Below are positions 1-12,490 of a stretch of DNA of 64,000 bases, piece by piece. The notes beneath the pieces were generated by a model that was not told the origin of the DNA, made no database searches, and was given only the letters and a program-made list of their open reading frames with translations. The stretch lies in the NCBI RefSeq assembly GCF_006345805.1, contig NC_043010.1:59520001-59584000 (forward strand). Direction: 5' to 3'. The DNA is from Octopus sinensis (Eukaryota). Numbering within the stretch: the stretch's first letter is position 1; each line of letters starts with the position of its first letter. Position numbers and translations under genes: made by a program.

Positions 1-1266
1 AATGGTGTTATTTATGGGTGCACAAACGATGTATTGAGACAGCATCAGAGTTATAGAGTAGGACTCAGTATACAGCAGATGTATGGGAGTAGTTAGCGTT
101 AAGAACAACCATAAAATATACTCTTTCAGATGGTTGGAGATTTTAGAAGTTGCTCATAGCTTTTGGTACCTAGATGACTTAACAAGCTGTGGAGGATCGT
201 GTTCTGAAAGTATGGTAAGCCAGAGTAAGAATGGAATGAAAGAGATGGTGAGACACTGTGCTGGTGAAGGTTCTTCTAACCACACAAACCCGGGAAAGAT
301 GAATGCAAAATGATGATGACAGTATAACTTAGGATTTGTTAAATATTATGTAGTGTATTTACTGGTGTGTAAGAAGTGGCTTTTTTCTTTCAGAAATTAC
401 TATAGTTGTATCCTATGACTAATGAACCAAGGATACGGATGCGAGACTGAGCATCATAGCTGCAAAGTACGTTGCTTGGGTTAAACTAATGACATCAGTT
501 ATTAGCTGTCAGGACACTGCAACTTAGGAAAATTCATAAATTTGCTAATGCTACACCTTATGTTTCATCCTGTGTACTAAGCTCTTATTACTGTCTTTCT
601 TTACTTGACTTTTTACTGCTTTCTGTCCCCTCTTTTACTCTATTCTGATGCAATAAGCACATTATTTAAAAGTTTGAAAAATAATTTTACAAAGCCATAC
701 TATTTCAATTGAATCATTTCTGTTCCAATAATTACCTGTTTTAGTATTTTCCATTAAAATCTTATAGAATTAATAGTTACAATCATTTGTTCCTACATAA
801 AATACAAAACTTACATGTGGTTTGGTTAAAATTACTTGTAGAAATGCATCAAAATTTAGTAACTACTATCTTGTATGTAGTTACAATTTAGGTGATCTAT
901 CTTAGTACTAGATATTAATGTGTTCACTTCAGAGAATTTATTGCCACTGCAATCTTAAGCATCATAATATATAAATAGTGCAGTTTTGAATCAGTTGGCC
1001 ATAATATGAATATCTAAGCTAAAATGAATGTGAAACAAAACGAAAAACAGACTTATAATAATATTGCATGATACTGTTAATTGGTCAGAAAAATCAAGTC
1101 CATACCTCATATTAATAATTGTGTTATACCTATGTTCTTTTCTAAGCGACTCTTACAATATGAACAATTTGATATTGTAGTATTTTGTTTTCATGAAAGG
1201 AAAGCAATTACTGAGTTTACTGCACTATATTCATTATTTCTTAATCTAAATAATTTTCTGTTTCAG

Positions 1267-3654
1267 ATAAGAAGATATATTTCCCATTATCCCTGCATAC
1301 TGCCAAGGACAGAAATGTTATTCCTATATGTTTTACTGTCTCTCTTTGACTGTTATTTAAGTGAAGATATCACATATCATGTTGAAGAAGAGAATAGCCC
1401 CTACCTATAGGGACATTGCTACTGACTTAAGAAATCAGACAGCTCCTTCTTAAAGAATAAGGATTTGATTACATTTAGTCAACTGCAACAAAAGGGAGAA
1501 CAGTTTTTTCAATGTGACTAAAACAGGTAAACTGTACACTGTTGAGACAATTGGATGCTGAGTCGTGTGTGGTTATGAGAAAATGTTTTGAAATCGTTAA
1601 AGTTGCTGTTTTCACATCCAAGACATTATGAAGATCTTAAAGATTAAAGTCATAATAGAAGACATCAATGACCACCAACCTGAGTTCCCCGAGAAAGAAA
1701 TCACCCTGCAATTTGAAGAAGAATATGGGAAAGGAAAACAAAATCCTGTACCTAACGCTATTGACAAAGATATAGGTTATCAAAACAGTTTAATTAGATA
1801 TGAGTTACATGGTCATACAAATCTTTTTTCATTATTTGTCTCTAAACAAGCTGATGGATTATCAACCTTAACAATTATTTTAGAAGAGAAATTAGACAGA
1901 GAAAAGAAGGACAATTACAATATTGAGGTCATCGCCAAAGATGGGGGAACTCCACCAAAACAATCTGTTTTAAATGTTAAAATATCTGTAAAAGATGAAA
2001 ATGACAACAGACCACAATTTTCTCAAAGTATCTACAATGTCTCTATAGAACATAAACATAAAAAGAATATTCCAGTAGTCACATTATCTGCCAGTGATTT
2101 AGATATTGGTAAGAATGGTAAAATATCTTTCTATTTTAGTAGAAAAACAGCTGAACAAACGAGGAAAAATTTCATGTTGGAAGAAGATACTGGAAAGTTA
2201 TTTTTATCAAAATCTTTAGGAAGTGGTAAGGAAGATATTTTAAAATTATATGTAGAAGCCAGGGATGATGGCATGCCTCCTCTGAGTTCCATAGCAACTG
2301 TTATGGTAAATGTCATCAACCAACAAAACAATCCCCAAATATTGATGTGAACTTTATTTCTACACAGAATCACAACACAGCTACCATTCTGGAAGACATC
2401 AAAGTTGGTAGTTTCATTGCTTATGTGATGGTCACTGACAATGATGTTGGACACAATGGACAGGTGAACTGTCATATCAAAGACGACACATTCAAACTAC
2501 AGTCAATGGGATCGAAGGAATATAAATTGTTCTAAAGAAAGCAGTAGACAGAGAGACACAGGAACATTATCACTTTACTGTGTCGTGTGAAGATAAAGGA
2601 TTACCTGCTCTGAAAACTGATAAAGATCTGTCAATCCAAGTGTTGGATGGAATGATGTAGAACCACACTTTACGAAAGACACATTCAAGTTCCTTACCTA
2701 TGAGAATGACAAGCTAATTTCCCTATTGGCTTTATCAATGCTACAGACCCAGATATGGTAAGGGAGGTGAATTGTCTTATACTCTGAGAATAAACAGCAA
2801 TATCGTCTGCCATTCCAGATTATCAACTCTGGCTTTATTTCAACAAACCAGTCTTTAGACAGAGAACACAGAGATTTCTATGAGTTGAGGTTTTTGTGAA
2901 AGACAATGGAAGCCCATCTCTGAATAACACAGTGAATGTTGAAGTGGAAGTATTGGATAGAAATGATAATGCTCCATATTTTACATTTCCTAGTGTTGAC
3001 CCTTTCACTCTTAATGTCCACTATCATCCGCAAAGTAAGAACGACATCACAGTTCTGAAAGCATCTGATATAGACAGTCACATGAATGCTTTTCTCAGGT
3101 ATGAAATCGTTTCAGGTAACGAGAGACAGTTTTATTTAAACTGGATTCGTTCACTGGTGTGTTATCTTACTCTCGCACAGTTTACCAAAATGATGCCGGA
3201 TCATATGAGCTTGAGTTTGTTGTGAAAGATAGTGGTACTCCAGTTCTGTCAGCAACACTAGTGTGTCTTTGACACTGACTGTTAGTAACAAGACGTCACC
3301 AATGTTCACAGCTGTGCACCTACCAAGTGATAACACAATAGATGCGACATTGTTGATTATCATTGTAGTAGCAGCTGTGAAGTATCTATAGCTATTGTGG
3401 TTTCTATAACCCTGTGTATTGTGAGATGTAACAATGTGAGAAATAGCTCATCTGAAAGAACAGCAGAAGAGAAACAGGCATACCAATGTCGCAATGAGAT
3501 GAGACAGTTGATCTATCAAGGTAACAACAGTGTACCTGTGATGTCAGGTAATCGAGGAGAGATGTCAGAGAGATATGGTCATTCGAGGAGCCATTACTAT
3601 CCTGAAGACTGGAAGACATCAACAATGAACAGAAGTTTACCAAAAAGTATGAAG
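1267..3654 (+). CDS. PCDH: Protocadherin P1 large exon (signal, EC1-EC6, TM, proximal tail); reading frame broken by many 1-nt indels, probably assembly errors
   Basis: Acceptor tttcag at 1261-1266, ATG 1315 (MLFLYVLLSLFDCYLSEDITY), ORF pieces 1628-2350, 2347-2535, 2896-3225 and 3397-3687 with DxNDN/LDRE cadherin motifs, donor AAG|gtatgt at 3654/3655. About 15 nt shorter than intact sisters with almost no substitutions in conserved blocks. Confidence 0.85.
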
Positions 3655-3867
3655 GTATGTTTTAAGATTCTGTTGATAATTCTATAATTATTTACTGAGT
3701 AATAATAAATGTTATTTATAGTCTTCATCTGTAACTTCCTCATATTTATTTTAATTCAGTAACACAAATGGCGATTCTTATTTCTATAAGACTTTGTAAA
3801 ATTTTTAAGGTAATTTATTTAATTAAAATTACATAAATAATGGAACAATTTTTTTCTCTAACAGCAG

Positions 3868-4018
3868 AAATACAGTCAACCCATTGAGGTGACATCTTAT
3901 GGAGACAGCAGACCATCTTCTAACTATCCCACTGACACACTGACCAGTCGTAAGAGCAGTGGACAGTGCTGGAGTGAACGGTCAAGCAGACAGTATGAAG
4001 AAATACCAGCAATGTCAG
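3868..4018 (+). CDS. PCDH: P1 cytoplasmic exon 3 (KYSQPIEVTSYG...RQYEEIPAMS)
   Basis: aacagcag acceptor (alternative start 3865), 151 nt, G|gt donor; near-identical exon in all 8 units. Confidence 0.9.
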
Positions 4019-4439
4019 GTAAAACAATTTCATTCATTCATGTTCGTCATTAATTTTATTATAATTTTATTTCTAGAATATCTAATTTTAACTGTTCTGA
4101 AATACTTTTTCGTTATTGATCATCATTAGCATTATTGCTCTTGTAATCAATGTTATCATCTTCTTGTTTGAATGCCCTTCCTATTGCCACTCACTTTGCA
4201 ATGTGTATTGGATGCCTTTTTTTGGCACCAGTGAGGTTTCCATGTAGCTTGCAAGACTAAGGTTCCCATTGACTGAGTGAGCCCACAGAAGAGGTGAAGG
4301 CAGCTCTACGCTCAGTGGTGAAAGGTGAGCATATGAGGGAAGACAGTGAAACAGATTTCTTGCTGCAGAGGAGATACATGGCTGCTCACATCATACAAGA
4401 ATGGCTGGGAGTAATCAGTGTATTCATCCACTCTGATCC

Positions 4440-4927
4440 TGCATATAATTATTGGGTCACTGATCTGATTATGATCTGAAAGGATCTTAGGGACGGTAAA
4501 ACACAACATATATTATATGGCAATGAAACATGGGTGCTGACAAAGAAATGATCCAAGTGGCTAAATGGGTGCTATACAAGAATGCTATGAATAGCCCCAA
4601 ATGTGAAATGGCAGCAATAGATGACAAATGAATGCTTTTATGGAGATCTGCGAAAAGTTAGCCAGAAGATCAGGCAAAGACAGCTGTGACTATTTGGTCA
4701 ATGTTTGTGCCACACTAAAGTGGAAGCATCCAAATTAGTCTTGTAGAACCCGTTTCATGGTGATGTAAGAAGAGGAAAACATTGTCACATTTACTTTGAC
4801 AACTTGATTGCAGACACTGGTCTGGAATATACCCAGGACCATGAGACAATGAAGATGGACCGAGAAGTGTGGCTGATGGACTTGGTTGCTATGGCCTGGG
4901 TTGGAACTCGGCCATAATAATAATAGT
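4440..4927 (+). mobile_element. Degenerate RTE-clade LINE 3' fragment
   Basis: From ~4510 reads ILYGNETWVLT..LNGCYTRML..YGDLRKVSQKIRQRQL..ASKLVL.NPFHG..RRGK..YFDNLIADTGL with stops, typical of the RTE ORF C-terminus; ends in (TAA)n. Confidence 0.8.
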
Positions 4928-5064
4928 AAACTTTTCTTTGTTAATTGTTATTTTATATCTTAATCAAATTAATGTAGCAAAAAGAGATTTGTTACTAATG
5001 TCACAGAATACCTATTGTCTGTATGAACTATGTAGTAAGTTTGGTTGATGTATATGTGTTTCAG

Positions 5065-5186
5065 GAATCTATGGTGGTGCCCCACCGGATGTATCAAGCA
5101 CCAGTGAGAGAGACCATTACCAAGACAGATATGTGAAACCTCCAGAGAGACAGTTACCTTCAACACCAGATGTTGTTGTCAGTTAA
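5065..5186 (+). CDS. PCDH: P1 terminal coding exon 4 (GIYGGAPPDV...RQLPSTPDVVVS*)
   Basis: tgtttcag acceptor, phase 1 matches the exon 3 donor, TAA at 5184-5186. Confidence 0.9.
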
Positions 5187-5609
5187 GTGAGACTGAGAGA
5201 GGAACACAACAGAAATAATATCACTTTCAACATTCACACAACATTTAAAACAACAGAAATATATTAGTTAGTAAATAATATTGCCCACGTATGACTGAAA
5301 ATTTTTCGTATGTGTGTCACACAATACATCATGTATATATATTTTGGGTTGAAAAATTTAACAACTTTAGATATGAAAAATCAATGTATAACACTGTATA
5401 GTAAGGCAAACGAAAGTTAAGAAAAATATTTTGATCAATTATAATTAGATGACTCCTTTGTTGAAGGACAATTCAGATTGAAAATATAAATTGAATTGTT
5501 CTGTATAACAATAATAAAGAAATAAATCAAATTATAAATCTTTACACTCAGAAAGTATATTATACATGGATTACATATCATTTTCAAATTTTCAGTGTAT
5601 ATCCTAATT

Positions 5610-6138
5610 GAGAGAGTTGGTTTAGAATTAGGTCAGACACACACACTAACTGTTATTGTCAATATTGTATTTACATTTTAAATTACACACACATTAACAA
5701 CATCAGCCATATTTTGTTAATATAACCTCTCTGTTCTAAGGATTTCTATGTCAGTCTCTCTCCACATCAGACATGTTGGTGTTATATAGACTTATCATGG
5801 CTGACTGTTAGTGGAGCTGATAGTTTGTTGTCCCTCTCTTTTCATTGTGAGGGAAAACACATCAAGTCTGAGTGAGGCTGGAGTAAGCATCACCCATCTC
5901 TCTTCCTCTCTCTGTCTCTCACTCACACCCATGCACACACTCACTAAACACCACCCATCCACAGAGGAAGACTTGAGAGGGAACTGCTGGTTCCCACTGA
6001 CTCACCACCAACACTATTCCATCAACATGAAGCCATTGTCACACCATAGCAGCAGTGACACAGACAACCATTAACAACAGAACATTGGGACCAAGTCACA
6101 GTTTATACAACAAAGGATTTTACACAATGAGGGTAAGT
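5610..6138 (+). promoter_or_regulatory. Conserved promoter core plus leader exon 1 of P2
   Basis: 127-nt core 5694-5820 with TATATAGA (5783) and TTAGT (5808-5812), CT/CA-rich segment, then a ~160-nt invariant block ending ATG AGG|GTAAGT (donor 6133). Recurs upstream of P2-P8. TSS inferred, not observed. Confidence 0.7.
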
Positions 6139-6984
6139 CTATTATTCCCTATTATTTGTCCAATGATGTGAAATGAATCATGTCATATACAGCTATATTG
6201 TAAAGCCAAAAGTAATATTCTAATGGTGGCCATATTAGATCTGTCTTTGTTCTCTCTTAGAAGTAAATTCATTAAGTTCTTATTTTTGAGTTTAATAACC
6301 GTTAACTGTAAATAACTTATTTATTGTAAGATACTGTATAATAGGTGATTTTATTTAATGTTACTTAATACTCAAGCAAAATATACTCTGTTACATTCGT
6401 TAAAGTCTAAAGTATTCACCTTTAACATTGTCTCATTTTAATGGAATTATGCACAAATATAAAGAAGAACAGGTTTCCTTTCTATAGTTTATTATTTGCT
6501 TAACTATACACTTGTTTATTCTAAGTGGATTAATTGTTCATGTATTAAATAAATGAGTGAAGTTATGAATAATCATTGTTTTAGTGAATTCTTATTGTGT
6601 AAGCATGTTTGCAAAATATTGAAATTGTAGTGAGACTTGACATAGATGTTATGAAAAATGGCATATATTATTTTTGAGAGGAGATTTATTGAATTGAAAA
6701 TGTCACACATATTTTATGATCTGTGTAGAATATATAAATCTGAATTGCTTAGCATTAAGCCTATGATATGGTGTCATTACTGTATAATATGGATTATAAT
6801 ATTGAACAGATTTAAATCTCTAATTTTATTAACAGAATGGGACTCATTAAAATTATGAAATTTTTACTATTCTTCGTTTAATACCCTAGTTGTGATATTG
6901 CTTTCAACATTGTCTTGATAAGATATTAGGTGTATACAGTAGAATTAAACTTTTTTCTACAATAAATTATGTAATTTCTATGAA

Positions 6985-7046
6985 GTGTGTGTGAGTGAGT
7001 GTGTTGTGTGTGTGTGAGTGAGTGTGTTGTGTGTGAGTGAGAATGT

Positions 7047-7081
<35 letters not shown>
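6985..7081. repeat. Compound (GT)n/(GAGT) microsatellite
   Basis: Direct reading; shorter sister copy at 13881-13941. Confidence 0.95.
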
Positions 7082-7083
<2 letters not shown>

Positions 7084-7589
7084 GAAGGGAGACAATTCTA
7101 AACTCCACTATTTCCGATGTAATCATTTCTGTTTCAATAATTCCTTGTTTTGGCATTTTTGTTTTTATTAAAATCTGATTCTAATTCAATAGTTATAGTT
7201 TTAAGTTTTCACATAAAATACATATCATACATGTTGTGGTTTGCTTCAGTTTTCTGTAGAAATCTATCTAAAATTGGTAACTACTATCTCATTTGCAGTT
7301 ACAATTTATGTCATCTATCTTAGTACTAGATATGAGCATGCTTACTTCAGACATTTATCTGAAATTACTGGCCTCTGCTATGTTAAATCTCGTCAGTTGA
7401 CCAAAATATAAATACTAGAATTTCTTCTGCGAGCTAAAATGAATGCTAAAATGTATAAAAAGAAAGTTAAAATAAATGTGCTAATGTAAATAGATCATTT
7501 CAAAAAACAATTCTACAAATACATCGTATTATAAATTGTGTAAGCTTTGTTCTTTTCAAGTGTCTGTTACAGTACAAACAAATTGATAT

Positions 7590-8010
7590 ATCCTACCCAC
7601 TGTACACAATCCTCTGTACCACTTATATACTCCTCCCTGTAGCTTTACTTCCTGACACAACATCATCGTCTCCTCTCCCTCTCTTCTCTTTTCCTAGCTA
7701 AAGTAGACATGTACATCCTCTACTGTAAGACACCTGTTTTTGTCCCTCTGTCATTCTCTAACATCTCACCACATGGAACAAAGCCACTTCCATCAATACT
7801 ACTTCTCCAACTCATTTGAGGGGTCTTGTCTTACTAGGTACTTGGTGACATCTAAGAACTACCCAGTATGCTCTAAAATAGTTGGTGTTAGGAAGGGCAT
7901 CTAGCTATTGGAACTATGTCAGAGCAGAAGGTTGAGCTTGGTGCAGTCTTTTGCCTTGCCACCTACTGTCAAGTCACCCAATCTATACTAACATGAAATG
8001 TGGATGTTAA
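7590..8010 (+). mobile_element. Degenerate interspersed repeat of the ggttggtgttaggaagggcatc...gatgat family (SINE/RTE-tail type)
   Basis: Shares motifs with 21010-21155, 61060-61345 and 63690-63965; duplicated at ~14450-14850. Confidence 0.55.
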
Positions 8011-8112
8011 ATGATATTGTTTTCATGAATGTAAAGGTAAAAAAAAAAAAAATTATTAAGTTTACTGGAGTCTATTCCCTTTTTGTTAATCTCCTAAATA
8101 ATTTTGTTTCAG

Positions 8113-10512
8113 ATGAACAAATTGTGTTCTCCTTATCCCTGGATACTGTCAAGAACAGAAATGTTATGTCTGTATGTATTACTGACTTTCTTTCACTTTT
8201 CCCTAAGTGAAGATATCACATACCATGTTGAAGAAGAGAATAGTCCCTATACCTATGTAGGGGACATTGCTACTGACTTACAGAAATCAGACAGCTCCTT
8301 AAAGAATAAGGATTTGATTACATTTAGTCAACTGCAACAAAAGGGAGAACAGTTGTTCAATGTGACAAGAACAGGCAAACTGTACACTGTTGAGACATTG
8401 GATGCTGAGTCTGTGTGTCGTTATGAGAAAGAATGTTTTGAAATCGTTAAAGTTGCTGTTCACAAATCCAAGACATTTATGAAGATCTTAAAGATTAAAG
8501 TCATAATAGAAGACATCAATGACCACCAACCTGAGTTTCCAACTGAAGAAGTCAACATTCAGTTTTCTGAAACAGATGGCAAAGGCACGAAAAGATCAAT
8601 ACCCAATGCTGTTGATAAAGATATGGGTTATCAAAATAATTTAATTAAGTATGAATTAAAAGAGGATAATGAACATTTCTCTTTATTAGTTGCCAAACAA
8701 GCTGATGGCATATCATCATTAGAAATTATTTTAGAAGATAAATTAGACAGAGAAAAGAAGGACAATTATGATATTGAGATCATTGCTAAAGATGGGGGAA
8801 CTCCACCAAAACAATCTGTTTTAAATGTGAAAATATCTGTAAAAGACGAAAATGATAACAGACCACAATTTTCTCAAAGTATCTACAATGTCTCTATTGA
8901 ACATAAACATAAAAAGAATATTCCAGTCGTCACATTATCTGCCAGTGATTTAGACATTGGCAGGAATGGTAAAATATCTTTCTATTTTAGTCAGAAAACT
9001 GATGAAACGATAAAAGAATACTTTCATTTAGATGAAAGTACTGGAAAGTTATTTCTTGAAAAACCTATAAATTTTGGTAAGAAAGAATCATTTAAATTAT
9101 ATGTGAAAGCCAAAGATAATGGAATTCCTCCTCTGAGTTCCATTGCAATAATTCAGATAAATGTTATCAACCAACACAACAATCCCCCAAATATTGATGT
9201 GAACTTTATTTCTACACAGAATCACAACACAGCTACCATTCTGGAAGACATCAAAGTTGGTAGTTTCATTGCTTATGTGATGGTCACTGACAATGATGTT
9301 GGACACAATGGACAGGTGAACTGTCATATCAAAGACGACACATTCAAACTACAGTCAATGGGATCGAAGGAATATAAAATAGTTCTAAAGAAAGCAGTAG
9401 ACAGAGAGACACAGGAACATTATCACTTTACTGTGTCGTGTGAAGATAAAGGATTACCTGCTCTGAAAACTGATAAAGATCTGTCAATCCAAGTGTTAGA
9501 TGTGAATGATGTAGAGCCACACTTTACGAAAGACACATTCAAGTTCCTTACCTATGAGAATGACAAAGCTAATTTCCCTATTGGCTTTATCAATGCTACA
9601 GACCCAGATATTGGTAAGGGAGGTGAATTGTCTTATTCTCTGAGAAATAAACAGCAATATCGTCTGCCATTCCAGATTATCAACTCTGGCTTTATTTCAA
9701 CAAACCAGTCTTTAGACAGAGAGCACAGAGATTTCTATGAGTTTGAGGTTTTTTGTGAAAGACAATGGAAGCCCATCTCTGAATAACACAGTGAATGTTG
9801 AAGTGGAAGTATTGGATAGAAATGATAATGCTCCATATTTTACATTTCCTAGTGTTGACCCTTTCACTCTTAATGTCCACTATCATCCGCAAAGTAAGAA
9901 CGACATCACAGTTCTGAAAGCATCTGATATAGACAGTCACATGAATGCTTTTCTCAGGTATGAAATCGTTTCAGGTAACGAGAGACAGTTATTTAAACTG
10001 GATTCGTTCACTGGTGTGTTATCTTACTCTCGCACAGTTTACCAAAATGATGCCGGATCATATGAGCTTGAGTTTGTTGTGAAAGACAGTGGTACTCCAG
10101 TTCTGTCAGCAACAACTAGTGTGTCTTTGACACTGACTGTTAGTAACAAGACGTCACCAATGTTCACAGCTGTGCACCTACCAAGTGATAACACCATAGA
10201 TGCGACATTGTTGATTATCATTGTAGAGCAGCTGTGATAGTATCTATAGCTATTGTGGTTTCTATAACCCTGTGTATTGTGAGATGTAACAATGTGAGAA
10301 ATAGCTCATCTGAAAGAACAGCAGAAGAGAAACAGGCATACCAATGTCGCAATGAGATGAGACAGTTGATCTATCAAGGTAACAACAGTGTACCTGTGAT
10401 GTCAGGTAATCGAGGAGAGATGTCAGAGAGATATGGTCATTCAAGGAGCCATTACTATCCTGAAGACTGGAAGACATCGACAATGAGCAGAAGTTTACCA
10501 AAAAGTATGAAG
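8113..10512 (+). CDS. PCDH: Protocadherin P2 large exon (EC1-EC6, TM); two 1-nt indels (T6 at 9749-9754; missing t near 10227), probably assembly errors
   Basis: ttttgtttcag acceptor, ORFs 8104-9786, 9737-10237 and 10234-10536 join into a full protocadherin; donor AAG|gtatgt 10512/10513. Confidence 0.92.
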
Positions 10513-10748
10513 GTATGTTTTAAGATTTTCTGTTGATAATTCTATAATTATTTACTGAATAATAATAAATGTTATTTATAGTCTTCATCTGTAACTTGTT
10601 AGGTTGTTTCTTTCTTCATATTTATTTTAGTTCAATAACCCAAATGGTGATTTTTATTATAGAATGCACAGATTTTATAAAATTTTTAATGTAATATATT
10701 TTTCAAAATTACAATGAGAGATGAAACAACTTTTTACTCTAACAGCAG

Positions 10749-10899
10749 AAATACAGTCAACCCATTGAGGTGACATCTTATGGAGACAGCAGACCATCTT
10801 CTAACTATCCCACTGACACATTGACCAGTCGTAAGAGTAGTGGACAGTGCTGGAGTGAGCGGTCAAGCAGACAGTATGAAGAAATACCAGCAATGTCAG
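10749..10899 (+). CDS. PCDH: P2 exon 3
   Basis: aacagcag acceptor (alt 10746), 151 nt, G|gt. Confidence 0.9.
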
Positions 10900-11329
10900 G
10901 TAGGATAACAATCTCATTCATTCTTGTTGTCATTAATTTTATTATAATTTTATTTCTAGAATATCTAATTTTAACTGTTCTGAAATACTTTTTCGTTATT
11001 GATCATCATTAGCATTATTGCTCTTGTAATCCTTGTTATCATCTTCTTGTTTGAATGCCCTTCCTATTGCCACTCACTTTGCAATGTGTATTGGATGCCT
11101 TTTTCATGGCACCAGTGAGGTTTCCATGTAGCTTGCAAAACTAAGGTTCCCATTGACTGAGTGAGCCCACAGAAGAGGTGAAGGCAGCTCTACGCTCAGT
11201 GGTGAAAGGTGAGCATATGAGGGAAGACAGTGAAACAGATTTCTTGCTGCAGAGGAGATACATGGCTGCTCACATCATACAAGAATGGCTGGGAGTAATC
11301 AGTGTATTCATCCAATCTGATCCTGCATA

Positions 11330-11812
11330 TAATTATTGGGTCACTGATCTGATTATGATCTGAAAGGATCTTAGGGTCGGTAAAACACAACATATATTAT
11401 ATGGCAGTGAAACTTGGGCGCTGACAAAGAAATGATCCAAGTGGCTAAATGGGTGCTATACAAGAATGCTATGAATAGCCCCAAATGTGAAATGGCAGCA
11501 ATAGATGACAAATGAATGCTTTTATGGAGACCTGCGAAAAGTTAGCGAGAAGATCAGGCAAAGACAGCTGTGACTATTTGGTCAATGTTTGTGCCACACT
11601 AAAGTGGAAGCATCCAAATTAGTCTTGTAGAACCCTTTTCATGGTGATGTAAGAAGAGGAAAACATTGTCACATTTACTTTGACAACTTGATTGCAGACA
11701 CTGGCCTGGAATATACCCAGGACCATGAGACAATGAAGATGGACCGAGAAGTGTGGCTGATGGACTTTGTTGCTATGGCCTGGGTTGGAACTCGGCCATA
11801 ATAATAATAGTA
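11330..11812 (+). mobile_element. RTE-clade LINE fragment (segmental-duplication copy of 4440-4927)
   Basis: Near-identical sequence at an offset of ~6.88 kb. Confidence 0.8.
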
Positions 11813-11948
11813 AACTTTTCTTTGTTAATTGTTATTTCATAGCTTAATCAAATTAATGTAACAAAAAGAGATTTGTTACTAATGTCACAGAATACCTATT
11901 GTCTGTATGAACTATGTAGTAAGTTTGGTTGATGTATATGTGTTTCAG

Positions 11949-12070
11949 GAATCTATGGTGGTGCCCCACCGGATGTATCAAGCACCAGTGAGAGAGACCA
12001 TTACCAAGACAGATATGTGAAACCTCCAGAGAGACAGTTACCTTCAACACCAGATGTTGTTGTCAGTTAA
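11949..12070 (+). CDS. PCDH: P2 terminal exon 4
   Basis: tgtttcag acceptor, 122 nt to TAA. Confidence 0.9.
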
Positions 12071-12490
12071 GTGAGACTGAGAAAGGAACACAACAGAAAT
12101 AATATCACCTTCAACATTCACACAACATTTAAAACAACAGAAATATGTTAGTTAGTAAATAATATTGCCCACATATGACTGAAATATTTTGTATGTGTGT
12201 CACACAATATATCATGTATATATATTTTGGGTTGAAAAATTTAACAACTTTAGATATGAACAATCAATGTATAACTGTATAGTAAGGCAAACCAAAGTTA
12301 AGAAAAATATTTTGATCAATTATAATTAGATGACTCCCTTGTTGAAGGACAATTCAGATTGAAAATATAAATTGAATTGTTCTGTATATCTATAATAACG
12401 TACTAAATCAAATTATAAATCTTTACACTCAGAAAGTATATTATACATGGATTACATATCATTTTCAAATTTTCAGTGTATATCCTAATG

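Noticed and set aside
83-313. 76-aa ORF at the window start
   Set aside because: No recognisable motif or splice context; probably decayed repeat sequence within P1 intron 1.
5811-6074. MELIVCCP... 87-91 aa ORF repeated before each gene
   Set aside because: It starts at GTG, crosses microsatellite-like sequence and is broken or shifted in P6-P8. Only the terminal 15-codon ATG uORF is constant.
5694-6138. Vertebrate-type CSE/CTCF site in the promoter block
   Set aside because: No CGCT-containing or GC-rich CTCF-like motif is visible; the block is essentially CpG-free.
6926-7156. His/Thr-rich ORFs (also 13787-14017)
   Set aside because: Translations of (CA)n microsatellites.
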